Positions 1 through 10,265 of a stretch of 64,000 bases of DNA are shown here, one piece after another. A program made the translations under genes and the position numbers. The stretch is from Chitinivibrionales bacterium (GTDB taxonomy: Bacteria; Fibrobacterota; Chitinivibrionia; Chitinivibrionales; JANQEN01): the NCBI GenBank assembly GCA_028278335.1, contig JANQEN010000192.1, positions 30,881 through 94,880 on the forward strand, written 5' to 3'. The stretch's first letter is position 1; each line of letters begins with the position of its first letter. A model generated the notes under the pieces. That model was given only the letters and a program-made list of their open reading frames with translations. It was not told where the DNA came from and ran no database searches.

Positions 1-2
1 AA

Positions 3-1175
3 GGTTTCATTGCTGTAACGCTTACCGATATTGCATTCCTAATTGTTTTATTAGGTTATTGGGGGGGGGGGGTAAATCAGGATGGTGAACGAGTCTTTCA
101 AAATGTATCAGCTCAGAAAATTCAAAAATTCTTAATAATATTTTTTCTATGCGCCCTATTTTCTTTTCTTTTCAACGTAGTGAATTTCGAGGGAGTATTT
201 ATATATTTCTCGCTTTGGTACCTTATTAAACTTTGTCAATTGTTCATTATTTTCAGAATCTTTTCCATTCAATTTTTTAGCAAAGAGGATATCGAGAGAG
301 TATTATCATTATGTATTATTCTGTCTCTTTTTCAATTGCCAATTATCTTAATACAAACTCGCTATTCTAATCCCTCTAGCAATTATGACATGGGAGGAGT
401 ATCCGGTACTTTTACATATCATCCCTCTATGATTGCCTTGTGCATGATAATCCCTATGGCATTTTCAATGTATAGATTTTTTTCATCCAATCGATTGTTT
501 TATAAAGTGTTGTATGCGTGTGCTGGGTTCATTTCACTGTATATTCTTTTTGCTTCAGCCAGTAGAAGTGCCATATTCGGTATCGCCATATCCGTATTAT
601 TCGCAATAGTTATATCTTTTCGGTTTAAAACGAAGATAATCCTTAACCTATCAATAGTGGCAATTGCCTTAGTTTTTCTATATAATTTTTTACCCCTTAA
701 GGATATTGTAAATGCTACCCTTCATTCCCAAGATACAGGAACTCTTGATTTAAGCTCCTATTCGCGATTTTATATTTGGTACGGTGCGTATTTGCATTTT
801 CTTAAAGTTGGTATTCTTCAAAAATTATTTGGTATTGGGATAGGTACCTTTAGTTCAATTCCTTATGAATTCGTAATTTGGGGTATTGCAAAAAGCGCAA
901 CTGGTGCTCACAATAATTTTCTCCATGTCCTTTTAGAAATTGGTATTGTTGGGTTCATTTCATTCATACTTCTCTTTTTCTTTATACTCAAGGAGTTGTA
1001 TAAATACTCCACCAATATGCTCTGCCGAATGTTTTTTTTCCTCACCATTGCACTTTTAGCTAGTGGCTTGACCCAGGAAACCTTCTGGTTTCAAAAGGCC
1101 TTTGGTTCTTTTTGGCTTTATTATATTTTTCTTTTGGCAATAGTACTCCAAAGTAATAACAAGGTTGTAACATGA
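3..1175 (+). CDS. O-antigen ligase/polymerase (Wzy_C/WaaL family) membrane protein, 5'-truncated by the window edge
   Basis: Frame is open from position 3 (GFIAVTLTDIAFLIVLLGYWGGGVNQ...) into the ORF-track call at 180; many TM helices; SRSA, LFGIGIG and AHNNFLHVLLEIGIVG motifs. Confidence 0.8.
   Translation, partial: GFIAVTLTDIAFLIVLLGYWGGGVNQDGERVFQNVSAQKIQKFLIIFFLCALFSFLFNVVNFEGVFIYFSLWYLIKLCQLFIIFRIFSIQFFSKEDIERVLSLCIILSLFQLPIILIQTRYSNPSSNYDMGGVSGTFTYHPSMIALCMIIPMAFSMYRFFSSNRLFYKVLYACAGFISLYILFASASRSAIFGIAISVLFAIVISFRFKTKIILNLSIVAIALVFLYNFLPLKDIVNATLHSQDTGTLDLSSYSRFYIWYGAYLHFLKVGILQKLFGIGIGTFSSIPYEFVIWGIAKSATGAHNNFLHVLLEIGIVGFISFILLFFFILKELYKYSTNMLCRMFFFLTIALLASGLTQETFWFQKAFGSFWLYYIFLLAIVLQSNNKVVT
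61..72 (+). repeat. G12 homopolymer tract inside the O-antigen ligase/polymerase CDS
   Basis: 12 consecutive G in an otherwise very AT-rich gene; frame is currently intact (W-G-G-G-V). Confidence 0.9.
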
Positions 1176-2833
1176 TTCGTTTTTTTTATGGTTTGTTTGT
1201 TTCGTTGTTAATCTGCATGCCTCTTTTAGCACAGGATATTGATCTTTATCAGAATCCTTTGAATTATCAGGAGACTGTGAAGCAGCAGAAGCAGCGAATG
1301 CAAGAGCTTAATGATTATAATTTTACCGTCCTTAGAGAGCGATCTCAGCGATCCGAAAAACCCTCTTCCGCATTATCAAGCTTTGATAACCAAATCAACC
1401 CCGATAGCTACATTCTTGGTACTGGCGATGGCTTTACCATTTATTTATGGGGGAGTGTAGATGATAAAATTGAAGCAAGCATCAATCAAGAGGGGATATT
1501 GGTAATACCTTCAATTGGCGAGATTAATATTAAACATCTTACTCTCTCAGAGGGAAAAGAAAAAATAAAAAGAGTTATCAGCCAAGCATATAAGGAGATG
1601 AAAATCTCTGTGATTCTATCAAGTATTCGTAAATTTAAAATCTATGTGCTTGGAGAGGTTAGGTTTCCTGGATTTTATGAAGTAAATGGAGCAACCCGTG
1701 TATCAGATTTGCTTGAAATTGCTGATGGGTTTGAGGATGACAGCACTTTTAGACTTCGTGGAATTGAGATCACCAATGAGCATCATCCAAAACGCTTTGC
1801 TGATCTTGCTCTCTTTTATCATAGTAATATCATAGATAAGAATCCCTATTTATTGGAGGGAGATCGAGTTTTTGTACCGGCAAAAAAAGAGTTGCTATCT
1901 ATTTATGGGGGTGTTAGCTATCCTGGATTATATATGTATATGCCAGGGGATTCATTAATCACATTAATAAACGCAGCTGGTGGATTATCTCGTGATGCAG
2001 ACTCCACGAACGTTATCGTGTATAGATTTGTTGATGATATAGATTCTCTTATTTCTTTTGAGTTGTCTTTTAAAGATTCATCGCTCTACTCTTTTCTCTT
2101 AAAAAGAGACGATCGCATTCTGGTTTGTAACATACCGGAATATCGTGTACACCGTCAGGTATCTCTGGTTGGGGCAGTAAAATTTCCTGGTGTGTATCCA
2201 ATTAAAAAGGATAAAACAAAGTTAGCTGAGGTGATAGCCATGGCAGGTGGTCTTACAACCGATGCTTTTCTAAAGGGAAGCAAGATCATCAGGAAGCGAT
2301 TGACAAAGTTTGATGATGACCGTGAATACCAGCGCCTGAGAAGAATCCCTATGGAGAATCTGACACCTTTGGAACGAAACTATTTAAAAACTAAGATGAC
2401 TGAGGAAGGTGGAAAGGTTAGTATAGATTTTGAAGAGCTTATGGAAAATGGTAGCGCTCTTTATAATATTATTTTGCGTGATGAAGATGAGATCACAATT
2501 GCACGTAAAAATTTATCAGTAAAGGTTACTGGTGCGGTCATTTCACCCGGCCTTGTGAGCTTTAAGAACGGATCAGATTATAAGTACTATATAAACCTTA
2601 CCGGTGGATACAATGAGAGGGCACGAAAGCGATCGATTACTATCATTAAGGGTGGTAGTGGTATTTGGTTGAAACCTCGGGAAGTTGAAAAGTTAGAAGC
2701 TGGTGATGCAATCTGGGTTCCTGAGAAGCCCTATATTAATAGACTTCAGGTAACTAAAGATATTCTGGCAATTGTGGGAAGTGTAGCCACAGTTGTATTG
2801 TCAGGTATAGCAATAACAAACTCTTTTGAATAA
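1172..2833 (+). CDS. Polysaccharide export protein with multiple SLBB domains (Wza/KpsD-like)
   Basis: Signal peptide; YILGTGD poly_export motif; repeated GEVRFPG/GGVSYPG/GAVKFPG/GAVISPG SLBB units; C-terminal helix. Confidence 0.85.
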   Translation: MIRFFYGLFVSLLICMPLLAQDIDLYQNPLNYQETVKQQKQRMQELNDYNFTVLRERSQRSEKPSSALSSFDNQINPDSYILGTGDGFTIYLWGSVDDKIEASINQEGILVIPSIGEINIKHLTLSEGKEKIKRVISQAYKEMKISVILSSIRKFKIYVLGEVRFPGFYEVNGATRVSDLLEIADGFEDDSTFRLRGIEITNEHHPKRFADLALFYHSNIIDKNPYLLEGDRVFVPAKKELLSIYGGVSYPGLYMYMPGDSLITLINAAGGLSRDADSTNVIVYRFVDDIDSLISFELSFKDSSLYSFLLKRDDRILVCNIPEYRVHRQVSLVGAVKFPGVYPIKKDKTKLAEVIAMAGGLTTDAFLKGSKIIRKRLTKFDDDREYQRLRRIPMENLTPLERNYLKTKMTEEGGKVSIDFEELMENGSALYNIILRDEDEITIARKNLSVKVTGAVISPGLVSFKNGSDYKYYINLTGGYNERARKRSITIIKGGSGIWLKPREVEKLEAGDAIWVPEKPYINRLQVTKDILAIVGSVATVVLSGIAITNSFE

Positions 2834-2877
2834 TGAATTGATGCTATTGGCTTAGATCAGGTAGAAATGACTTTACC

Positions 2878-3561
2878 CTAGGCGAATAAATTATATCGCA
2901 GAATACAATAAATTGCACGGACTCCATCTCGCCAATTAATCTTTTTACCCTCTCGATAAGTCCTTCCTTGATAGGAAATTCCTACTTCATAAATTCGATA
3001 CCCTGCTTTGGCAATTTTTGCGGTGATCTCCGGTTCAAATCCAAAGCGATTTTCTTTGAGGGGAATATTTTTTATGATTTCTGTTCGAAATACCTTGTAA
3101 CACACTTCCATGTCGGTAAGGTTTAAGTTGGTAAACATGTTGGAAAGAAGATTAAGGAAGTGATTTCCCATAGCATGCCAGAAGTATAAGACTCGGTGAC
3201 ACTCACTACCCACAAACCTGCTACCATAGACAACATCAGCAATACCCTCGGAAAGTGGGGTCAGGAGTCTATGATAATCTTGAGGATCATATTCAAGATC
3301 GGCATCTTGTATTATAACAAAGTCTCCCGAGGCTTTTTGAAAACCAGTTCTGAGCGCAGCTCCTTTGCCCATGTTTTTTGGTTGGAGTACCAGTACGTCT
3401 ATCTGATCATCAAGGGTTTCAAGGAGTTTTCTGGTACCATCAGTAGAATAATCGTCCACGACGATTATCTCTTTGTCAATGTTAATCGCATGAATACGCT
3501 TTAAAATTTCTGTAATGGTTTTTTTCTCGTTATAACAGGGAATTACGACTGATAGTTTCAT
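2878..3561 (-). CDS. Glycosyltransferase family 2 (DPM1-like polyprenol-phosphate glycosyltransferase)
   Basis: [26 protein letters not shown] and [10 protein letters not shown] motifs. Confidence 0.9.
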   Translation of the reverse strand: MKLSVVIPCYNEKKTITEILKRIHAINIDKEIIVVDDYSTDGTRKLLETLDDQIDVLVLQPKNMGKGAALRTGFQKASGDFVIIQDADLEYDPQDYHRLLTPLSEGIADVVYGSRFVGSECHRVLYFWHAMGNHFLNLLSNMFTNLNLTDMEVCYKVFRTEIIKNIPLKENRFGFEPEITAKIAKAGYRIYEVGISYQGRTYREGKKINWRDGVRAIYCILRYNLFA

Positions 3562-3605
3562 GGAATAGAGAAAGTTTATGAGTTAGGTGGTTTTAGTTAC
3601 GGTTT

Positions 3606-3962
3606 TTATGTCTCAATTTTTTGCAATAATGAAAGCACATCATTCAACTCTGAAACGGTACTTTCTATGAGCTTGCGATTATCTTTTGGCTCTAATGGTT
3701 TTTCTGGTTGAGGTGAGGTCACTCTCATCGTCGTGAGTCTTTTTTTTGCTCCGGAAATGGTATATTGTTCATCATACAATAAGCTTTTTATTGTTTGAAT
3801 GATGTCTATATCTTTCTCCCTGTAGGCCCTATTTCCAGCTCGATTCTTCTTTGGCCGCAGCAAGGGAAATTCGCTTTCCCAATATCGCAACACATGCGGT
3901 TCCAACTCTGTTCGTTCACACACTTCACGGATGGAATAATAGGTTTTTTGGTTACTTAACAT
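3606..3962 (-). CDS. MerR-family HTH transcriptional regulator
   Basis: YYSIREV...HVLRYWESEF...GNRAY...YTISGAKKRL. Confidence 0.85.
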   Translation of the reverse strand: MLSNQKTYYSIREVCERTELEPHVLRYWESEFPLLRPKKNRAGNRAYREKDIDIIQTIKSLLYDEQYTISGAKKRLTTMRVTSPQPEKPLEPKDNRKLIESTVSELNDVLSLLQKIET

Positions 3963-4078
3963 AGAAGCCTCAAAATAAAACTTGTTTATAAAAGATCAAA
4001 CTAAAGCGATGAAAGTATAAAAAAAATATACATGGGCGAAGCTATATAGTCAACTTGTTGCATTGAGAACGTGATTAT

Positions 4079-5095
4079 TTAGTCACGCTCTGGTTTAGAT
4101 TCTCGACGCATAAGATCCTTTAAAGCTTCAATAGGAGACTTATCCTCATAGAGAGCTTTGTATATTTCAGTAGTAATAGGCATGTCGATATTATACTTTT
4201 GTGCAAGGTTGTAGACTGATTTTGTGGTAGCAACTCCTTCTGCTACCATAGTCATTTTATTGAGAGCCTCATCCATGGTGAGGCCTGAGGCGATCAATTC
4301 ACCCATTCTCCTGTTTCGACTATGTTGACTGATACAGGTAGTGATTAAGTCCCCGAATCCAGCAAGACCGCTGAAGGTCATCTCCTCTGCGCCCATGGCT
4401 CGACCCAGTCGACACATCTCTACCATACCACGTGTTAAAAGCGCTCCCTTTGTATTATCCCCAAATCCAAGTCCATCGCAGATGCCCGCAGCTAAGGCGA
4501 TGACATTTTTTACACTAGCTGATAATTCTACACCTACCACATCATTATTTGTATAAATCCTGAAACTGTCTGTTGAAAACTGATTTTGAATTTCAACAGC
4601 AAGTTCATTGTTTTGTGAAGCGGCGACAACGGTGGTTGGGATACCGCGAGATACCTCTTCTGCATGGGAAGGGCCCGAAAGAACAACCTGTTTACTTGAA
4701 TCAACCACAGAAAGTTCTTGGGTTACAACTTCGGTTAATAAGCTTAAGCTGGAACATTCGATGCCCTTGGAGGCTAAAATCCATCCTTTGATTGCTGCGA
4801 TAGAATTTTGGTCAACAACTTCGTTAATGGTCTTCATAGTAGCACGCACAGTTTGTGCTGGTACAACAACAAGGATGTAATCTGAAGATAAAATCGGAAC
4901 AGTAATGTCACTGGTAATGGTTATAGATTCTGGAATAGTAATACCGGGGAGCTTAGTTGGATGCTCGCGTCTCTCACTAAGCATCTGAGCATCCTCTTGA
5001 TTAAACTCCCAAAGAGAAATAGAATGATTTCTTTTTTCAAGCAGAACTGCAAGAGCTATAGCCCAGCTTCCTGCTCCCAAAATACCAATATTCAT
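4079..5095 (-). CDS. gpsA: NAD(P)H-dependent glycerol-3-phosphate dehydrogenase
   Basis: GAGSWA Rossmann motif, SKGIE, LSGPSHAEEV, KNVIALAAG, GDLITTC-S-HSRN; lies downstream of der. Confidence 0.95.
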   Translation of the reverse strand: MNIGILGAGSWAIALAVLLEKRNHSISLWEFNQEDAQMLSERREHPTKLPGITIPESITITSDITVPILSSDYILVVVPAQTVRATMKTINEVVDQNSIAAIKGWILASKGIECSSLSLLTEVVTQELSVVDSSKQVVLSGPSHAEEVSRGIPTTVVAASQNNELAVEIQNQFSTDSFRIYTNNDVVGVELSASVKNVIALAAGICDGLGFGDNTKGALLTRGMVEMCRLGRAMGAEEMTFSGLAGFGDLITTCISQHSRNRRMGELIASGLTMDEALNKMTMVAEGVATTKSVYNLAQKYNIDMPITTEIYKALYEDKSPIEALKDLMRRESKPERD

Positions 5096-6478
5096 TTATA
5101 GCTCCTTTTCAGAAGAGGAATCGTCAGTCTCTTCTTTATGTTGTCCTGGAACACCTGCTGGCTTAAAAGTGAGAATTACCGGGCATCCTGAGAAATCATA
5201 CTCCGCCTGGATTTTATTTCTCAAAAACCGTTGATAGGCTGGAGTTATCATTTCCGGGTTAGAACAGAACAGATTAAATTGGGGGTACTCAATTTTTTGC
5301 TGCTTAATTCCTAAAAATCGAACCTGTTTACTCGAGATGTAGGGGTGAGGGTGTTGACGGGTCCACGTAAAAAGATTTTCCCGTAATTGAGCGGGTTTGA
5401 TACGTTTTTCCATTCGTTCTAATACACCAAAGGCTGTGTCAAGCACCTGAGGCACTCTCTGGCCTGTCAGGGCAGAAATGGAGATCATTGGGACATACTG
5501 TAGTTCCATATATGTTTTTTTTGTCTCTGCAACCAATGTGTCAAAGGTTTTATGATCCTTTTCAACCAAGTCCCACTTATTCCAGCAGATGATAATACCC
5601 TTGCGTTGCTTATTGATATGAGCAATTATTTTTAAATCCTGCTCACCAACTTTTCGATCAGTGTCAATCAGAAGGACGCATACATTGGCCCTTTTTACTG
5701 ATCCCAAGGCACGTAAGTTTGAGTAATATTCAATGTCATCATTGACCTGTGCTTTTCGTCTTAGACCTGCCGTATCAATGATACGGACCTTTTTTTTGTT
5801 ATACATGACAATACTGTCAATAGCATCACGGGTGGTTCCGGGGACATTGTCAACGATCATACGATCATCTTGAAGCACCTTATTTACAAAGGATGATTTA
5901 CCTGCATTGGGTCGGCCAATAACTGCCAAACTCAAATCAACCTCTTCATGAAAGGGCATTGTATCTGATTGATTTTCTTTTAATGTAGCACAAACATCAT
6001 CTAATAAATCACCAACACCTTTGCCATGCAGAGCAGAAATAAGTAAGGGATCACCACATCCCAGTGAGGTTAATTGATAAGCCTCATAGTCCAAAGAGGA
6101 GGATTCAGCTTTGTTCCCAGCAAGAATTACTTTGTTGTAACAGGTTTTCCGAAGACGCTGTGCAATAAGCAAATCAAGATCTGTTGGGCCTGCTTGTGCA
6201 TCAATAAGAAAAATAATTGCCGATGACTCGGCAAGTGCTGTGTCAACCTGTCGGTTTATCTCCTGGGGGATGCTCTCACGAGAGGTGGGTAGAAGACCAC
6301 CGGTGTCGACTATACAAAAGTCTATCCCATTCCATGATGTTTCCATGTAATTTCTGTCACGAGTTACACCGGGGGTGTCGTTGACCACAGCAATTCTACG
6401 GTGAAGAATTCTGTTAAAAAGAGAGGACTTCCCAACATTGGGTCTTCCAACAATAGATACGATTGGCAGGCGAGCCAA
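5096..6478 (-). CDS. der: Ribosome biogenesis GTPase Der (EngA)
   Basis: Two tandem G domains (GRPNVGKS/DTGG/NKAE and GRPNAGKS/DTAG/NKWD) plus KH-like tail; TTG start with AAGGAG SD. Confidence 0.95.
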   Translation of the reverse strand: MARLPIVSIVGRPNVGKSSLFNRILHRRIAVVNDTPGVTRDRNYMETSWNGIDFCIVDTGGLLPTSRESIPQEINRQVDTALAESSAIIFLIDAQAGPTDLDLLIAQRLRKTCYNKVILAGNKAESSSLDYEAYQLTSLGCGDPLLISALHGKGVGDLLDDVCATLKENQSDTMPFHEEVDLSLAVIGRPNAGKSSFVNKVLQDDRMIVDNVPGTTRDAIDSIVMYNKKKVRIIDTAGLRRKAQVNDDIEYYSNLRALGSVKRANVCVLLIDTDRKVGEQDLKIIAHINKQRKGIIICWNKWDLVEKDHKTFDTLVAETKKTYMELQYVPMISISALTGQRVPQVLDTAFGVLERMEKRIKPAQLRENLFTWTRQHPHPYISSKQVRFLGIKQQKIEYPQFNLFCSNPEMITPAYQRFLRNKIQAEYDFSGCPVILTFKPAGVPGQHKEETDDSSSEKEL

Positions 6479-6501
6479 AGAGATCTCCTTACATGAAGCT
6501 A

Positions 6502-8202
6502 CTAATTCGTTTGAAGTCTGCGCAAGTGTTCATTCGCTACAGAGGCCCACCAACTTTGCGGTTTTCGTTTAATAAATTCTCGAAAACCTTTTATGGCCAT
6601 CTGTTTTTGGGAAATTTTAATGCCCACAATGCCCAAATTATAGTACCCAAAAATATAATTTGGATTGCTTTTAAGCAGCTCATTCAGCAAATTAAATGTC
6701 TCTTTGAAATTTCCCTGTTGAAAATTGAGAATACTGGCAACCCAAAGATCAGCGTTTTGACTCGATTCAGATTGGCCTGATAATCGTGATTCAATATCAT
6801 TTAAAAGTGATTGAAAAGCTTCTCTTCCTAAAATGAACGGCTGATACTCTGGAGGGCAAAAGATGTCATTTCGTGATGGAGCTATTTCATGCTCAAACCA
6901 GAACCGTGAGTTTTTTGAAAGCACTTTAAATCCTTGATACTCTGAGGTCATCCATTTGATATAATCGCGAGTTAAGTTTGTCCGCAACGCGACAGTTGAT
7001 CGAATATGTTTCTGTTCAGGAAGTTTTTGGTATGATGAAATGAGCCTTTTGTCAATATCAACATCCAAACGATACTCTATTGCCGCATTGGCAACAGATG
7101 CCATACAATCACCATTTGGAGGGAAAAGCGGTATGATAAAACGGTTATGTTTCCAATCATAGAGACCGTTTCCATTTCCAGGATAGATGAGTATTGATGG
7201 CTTTCCAAATATAAGAACCCGATCATTTTGAAAGAGTCGTGGGTCAAACTCAAGGATTCTGTCAAAGCATTCATAGGCTTCATCCAAGGTAAAAAAAGGA
7301 GTACCTGGTCGAAAAACCGAACAGCTCTCCATGTGAAGTCGCTTCGCACTCAATTTTACTAAGTCACGTAGGTATTCTAACTCTCGTCGTAATCGATTTT
7401 CAATTTCCCCTGGTGAAACTGTACAATTATCATCCTTAAGAGTCGACAATTGACTCTGTTTTTTTCTCATTTTCTCTTCATTTTCAATCTTTTTTTCTAT
7501 CAGCTCAAGGACTTTGGTGCCATAATTTCTAAGAAGCGTTTTTTCCTTTGAAGAGCCAAGCAGAGAGAATAGTTTATCCTTTAATCGATTTTTCTCCATC
7601 AACAGATTTGATCGTGCAACCATCTTTCGTCTCTCGTCAACTGGTAAGAATGTTCCTCGGGCAACCTCTTTTTTATTCTGCAAGTCTTGATAGGTTAGAC
7701 GATCAATTTCAGTAAGATTTTTTATCAAGGCTAAGGTTGATTTGTCAGCTCGAATGGTAAATCGTTTGAGGAGAAACTCCAATCGCTCCTTTTGTAAAGA
7801 GATTATTTCACTATTAAACATGGATGCTTGGATTTCACATTGTCGTATTTCATCTTTGAGTATGGTTTTTTTGTCTCCAGAGTTAGCTCGCCAGAGTAAA
7901 TCTTGTAACCATGTGGTGGGAATGAAGGTTTTTAAATGACGATACTGCTGTTGTGACGAAAGGTGGATTTGTGGGAAGGGATCGTTACTAACTTGGGCGA
8001 TTTCTTCTAAACAGCCATTGTTTATGAAGTCCATATTCTCCTGTAAAAATGGTGCTATGTCTTCGCCATTATGGATTAAATCACCCAGCGAGTCGATAAG
8101 GTATGACCAATAGAGCGAACCCAGATTGCATACAGAAGTTTGGTCTGCTGGATTGTCCAGATAGGCTTGAATCGTTGCTGTTCCTTGTTCATCAAATTTC
8201 AT
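6502..8202 (-). CDS. Hypothetical protein: coiled coil, unknown globular domain and C-terminal TPR
   Basis: 566-aa ORF in line with der; C-terminal TPR-like segment (QQGNFKETFNLLNELLKSNPNYIFGYYNLG). Confidence 0.7.
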   Translation of the reverse strand: MKFDEQGTATIQAYLDNPADQTSVCNLGSLYWSYLIDSLGDLIHNGEDIAPFLQENMDFINNGCLEEIAQVSNDPFPQIHLSSQQQYRHLKTFIPTTWLQDLLWRANSGDKKTILKDEIRQCEIQASMFNSEIISLQKERLEFLLKRFTIRADKSTLALIKNLTEIDRLTYQDLQNKKEVARGTFLPVDERRKMVARSNLLMEKNRLKDKLFSLLGSSKEKTLLRNYGTKVLELIEKKIENEEKMRKKQSQLSTLKDDNCTVSPGEIENRLRRELEYLRDLVKLSAKRLHMESCSVFRPGTPFFTLDEAYECFDRILEFDPRLFQNDRVLIFGKPSILIYPGNGNGLYDWKHNRFIIPLFPPNGDCMASVANAAIEYRLDVDIDKRLISSYQKLPEQKHIRSTVALRTNLTRDYIKWMTSEYQGFKVLSKNSRFWFEHEIAPSRNDIFCPPEYQPFILGREAFQSLLNDIESRLSGQSESSQNADLWVASILNFQQGNFKETFNLLNELLKSNPNYIFGYYNLGIVGIKISQKQMAIKGFREFIKRKPQSWWASVANEHLRRLQTN

Positions 8203-8234
8203 GGTAACCTATCCTCAAAAAAGCTGTTTCCCTA

Positions 8235-8927
8235 TTATTTAAACCTTACTTCATAACGGCTATCATTTTCAAAAACCGAAAAAATACTACAATAGAGCGG
8301 TGTAGAAATGGTGTCTGCAATAGTAATTGATTTACTCTCGGCAAGCTCAACATCACTATGGATTATTACATCATTCAAAGTAACCAATCTATATCCGGAA
8401 AGACCTTGGTGACTGGCGAGTGTAAGCGTTTTGCCGTGAGGAGCCGGTAAAAAGTAATAGTCAGTATCGCTCATTGGCGTTGAAATACCAAAGCATATGA
8501 GCCATAATGTATCGGCAAACCGTTGTTGGTCATTCGGTTCCTTTTCGGATGGATGGGTTACTATTTCAAAGATGCTTTCTTCGGGAGAAAGAGTCTTGCC
8601 ATTTTTTGCCGTGATGGTGTTTTTTAATGTGATATTGTACAAGGTACTTCCTTTTAGTAAACCAGTTACCGTAAGTTTTGCCGTGTCTCGTGATGTATTA
8701 AGAGCGGTGCTATATATGGTTCCGGGGTTGGGAATGATTTGCAATTCTAATGCACTATCTGCCAAAGGAGGATGTAATAAAAATGAGAGGCTAGGCCACA
8801 GAGAGACAGTATCCGAGGAGGTGCCTACAATTGACATAGTAAGAGGAGTGTCGTCGATGTCATCAAAGGTGCATAGGCAAAAAAGAACTCCAAGAGTCAA
8901 TAGTAAAAAACATTTCCTCTTTTGCAT
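8235..8927 (-). CDS. Putative lipoprotein with an Ig-like domain
   Basis: Likely start MQKRK at 8927; hydrophobic stretch ending in Cys; beta-rich, with LKGSTLYNITL resembling SbsA/Big_5 Ig-like domains. Confidence 0.55.
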   Translation of the reverse strand: MQKRKCFLLLTLGVLFCLCTFDDIDDTPLTMSIVGTSSDTVSLWPSLSFLLHPPLADSALELQIIPNPGTIYSTALNTSRDTAKLTVTGLLKGSTLYNITLKNTITAKNGKTLSPEESIFEIVTHPSEKEPNDQQRFADTLWLICFGISTPMSDTDYYFLPAPHGKTLTLASHQGLSGYRLVTLNDVIIHSDVELAESKSITIADTISTPLYCSIFSVFENDSRYEVRFK

Positions 8928-9060
8928 TACTCTTGCCCTACCTGTTGAGAGAAAATTTATCAATAGTACCAAATATATGTTAAAATGAATAATGATAATT
9001 TGCAAGAAAAAGGTCTATTTGGTTTAGGGTTGGATCAACCCAAATTGTATTTTGCCAGGC

Positions 9061-10032
9061 ATGATCGAGGTGAAAAAGAATGCAATTGTTATATGTGGGC
9101 CAACAGCGACAGGCAAAACTCATTTGGCTGTTTCTGTTGCTCATGCCTTCAATGGAGAGATCATCTCGGCAGATTCTCGTCAGGTATACCGGGGTATGGA
9201 TCTAGGTACAGGTAAAGACCTTGAGGAATATGATTCTCCTCAAGGGATTGTTTCTTATCACTGCATAGATATTGCAGATCCAAAGGACACCTACACACTT
9301 TACCATTATCAGCAGGATTGCAGTAGGGTAATAAGAGAGATTTGGTCGCGCAAAAAAGTACCTATCATTGTTGGAGGTACAGGATTATACATAGAAGCGG
9401 TGCTAAAAAAATATGATGTACCTAACGTGCCTGAGGATCAAGAGTTACGCAAGTCCCTTATGGCATTAGATAGGCCAACACTTATTAAGCAGCTTAATGA
9501 GATTGATCCAATCCGATTAAAAAGAACAGACGTCAGCAGTAAGAAACGGATTGTTCGGTCTATTGAAGTTGCCCGTTATATCGAGGACCATCCAGCTGTA
9601 AGCGGTGCTAGCAACACACCTGATTTACAAGCGGCAACACTTGGTGTGACTGTGGAACGGGGTGAGCTTTTTAGAAGAATTGATGCCAGACTTCAAATTC
9701 GGCTTGATCAAGGTATGATTGAGGAGGTTGTAGCTTTGTTGGATAGGGGAGTAACTCCTGAAAGATTGGAGCTATTTGGTATGGAGTATAAGCATATTGT
9801 TTATTATTTGACCAAAAAAGTTTCAAAAAGTGAAATGTTCAAAAACTTATCTCAGGATATCCATCGCTTGGCAAAGAGACAGATGACCTATTTTCGAGGA
9901 TTTTCCAGGAGAGGATTGCCGATTCATTGGAGCAATAGTGCAAACAAGGAAGAGGCACTTTCTTACTTAAACCAGTATTCTTATATTCCAGAATCACTTC
10001 CAAATAGCTCTTTAACCCAGATTATACAATAG
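9061..10032 (+). CDS. miaA: tRNA dimethylallyltransferase
   Basis: GPTATGKT, ISADSRQVYRGMDLGTGK, VGGTGLYI and AKRQMTYFR motifs; ATG at 9061. Confidence 0.95.
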   Translation: MIEVKKNAIVICGPTATGKTHLAVSVAHAFNGEIISADSRQVYRGMDLGTGKDLEEYDSPQGIVSYHCIDIADPKDTYTLYHYQQDCSRVIREIWSRKKVPIIVGGTGLYIEAVLKKYDVPNVPEDQELRKSLMALDRPTLIKQLNEIDPIRLKRTDVSSKKRIVRSIEVARYIEDHPAVSGASNTPDLQAATLGVTVERGELFRRIDARLQIRLDQGMIEEVVALLDRGVTPERLELFGMEYKHIVYYLTKKVSKSEMFKNLSQDIHRLAKRQMTYFRGFSRRGLPIHWSNSANKEEALSYLNQYSYIPESLPNSSLTQIIQ

Positions 10033-10181
10033 GAAGTAGCGCAGAAGCACAATCCTATGCCCATTAAGACTTTCAGGCTTTTCGGCCATATCACCTTGTA
10101 GATATGCCCTTTAAAGCCTTCAAACCTTACTAAACCATAATCTTGCACTTCTGCATCTACTCCTACTGAAAAATCTGGGTT
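10014..10181. mobile_element. MITE-like palindromic repeat, family 1 copy A (AACCCAGATT termini)
   Basis: Ends AACCCAGATT...AATCTGGGTT with imperfect ~35-40 bp terminal inverted arms; about 120 bp shared with the inverted copy at 16716-16876. Confidence 0.75.
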
Positions 10182-10206
10182 GAAAATTTATAGGGAGCAA
10201 TAGCAT

Positions 10207-10243
10207 AAAAAAATGGCTCTACAAGAAGTAGAGCCATTTTTTT
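10207..10243. terminator. Bidirectional intrinsic terminator
   Basis: A7-TGGCTCTAC-aagaa-GTAGAGCCA-T7 between convergent genes. Confidence 0.85.
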
Positions 10244-10265
10244 AATATATAGAATTATTTATCTT

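Noticed and set aside
10010-10185. Repeat ends TTTAAC...GTTGAAA resemble integron attC core sites at gene ends
   Set aside because: Neither end fully matches RYYYAAC/GTTRRRY, the flanking genes are housekeeping genes, and there is no cassette array or integrase.
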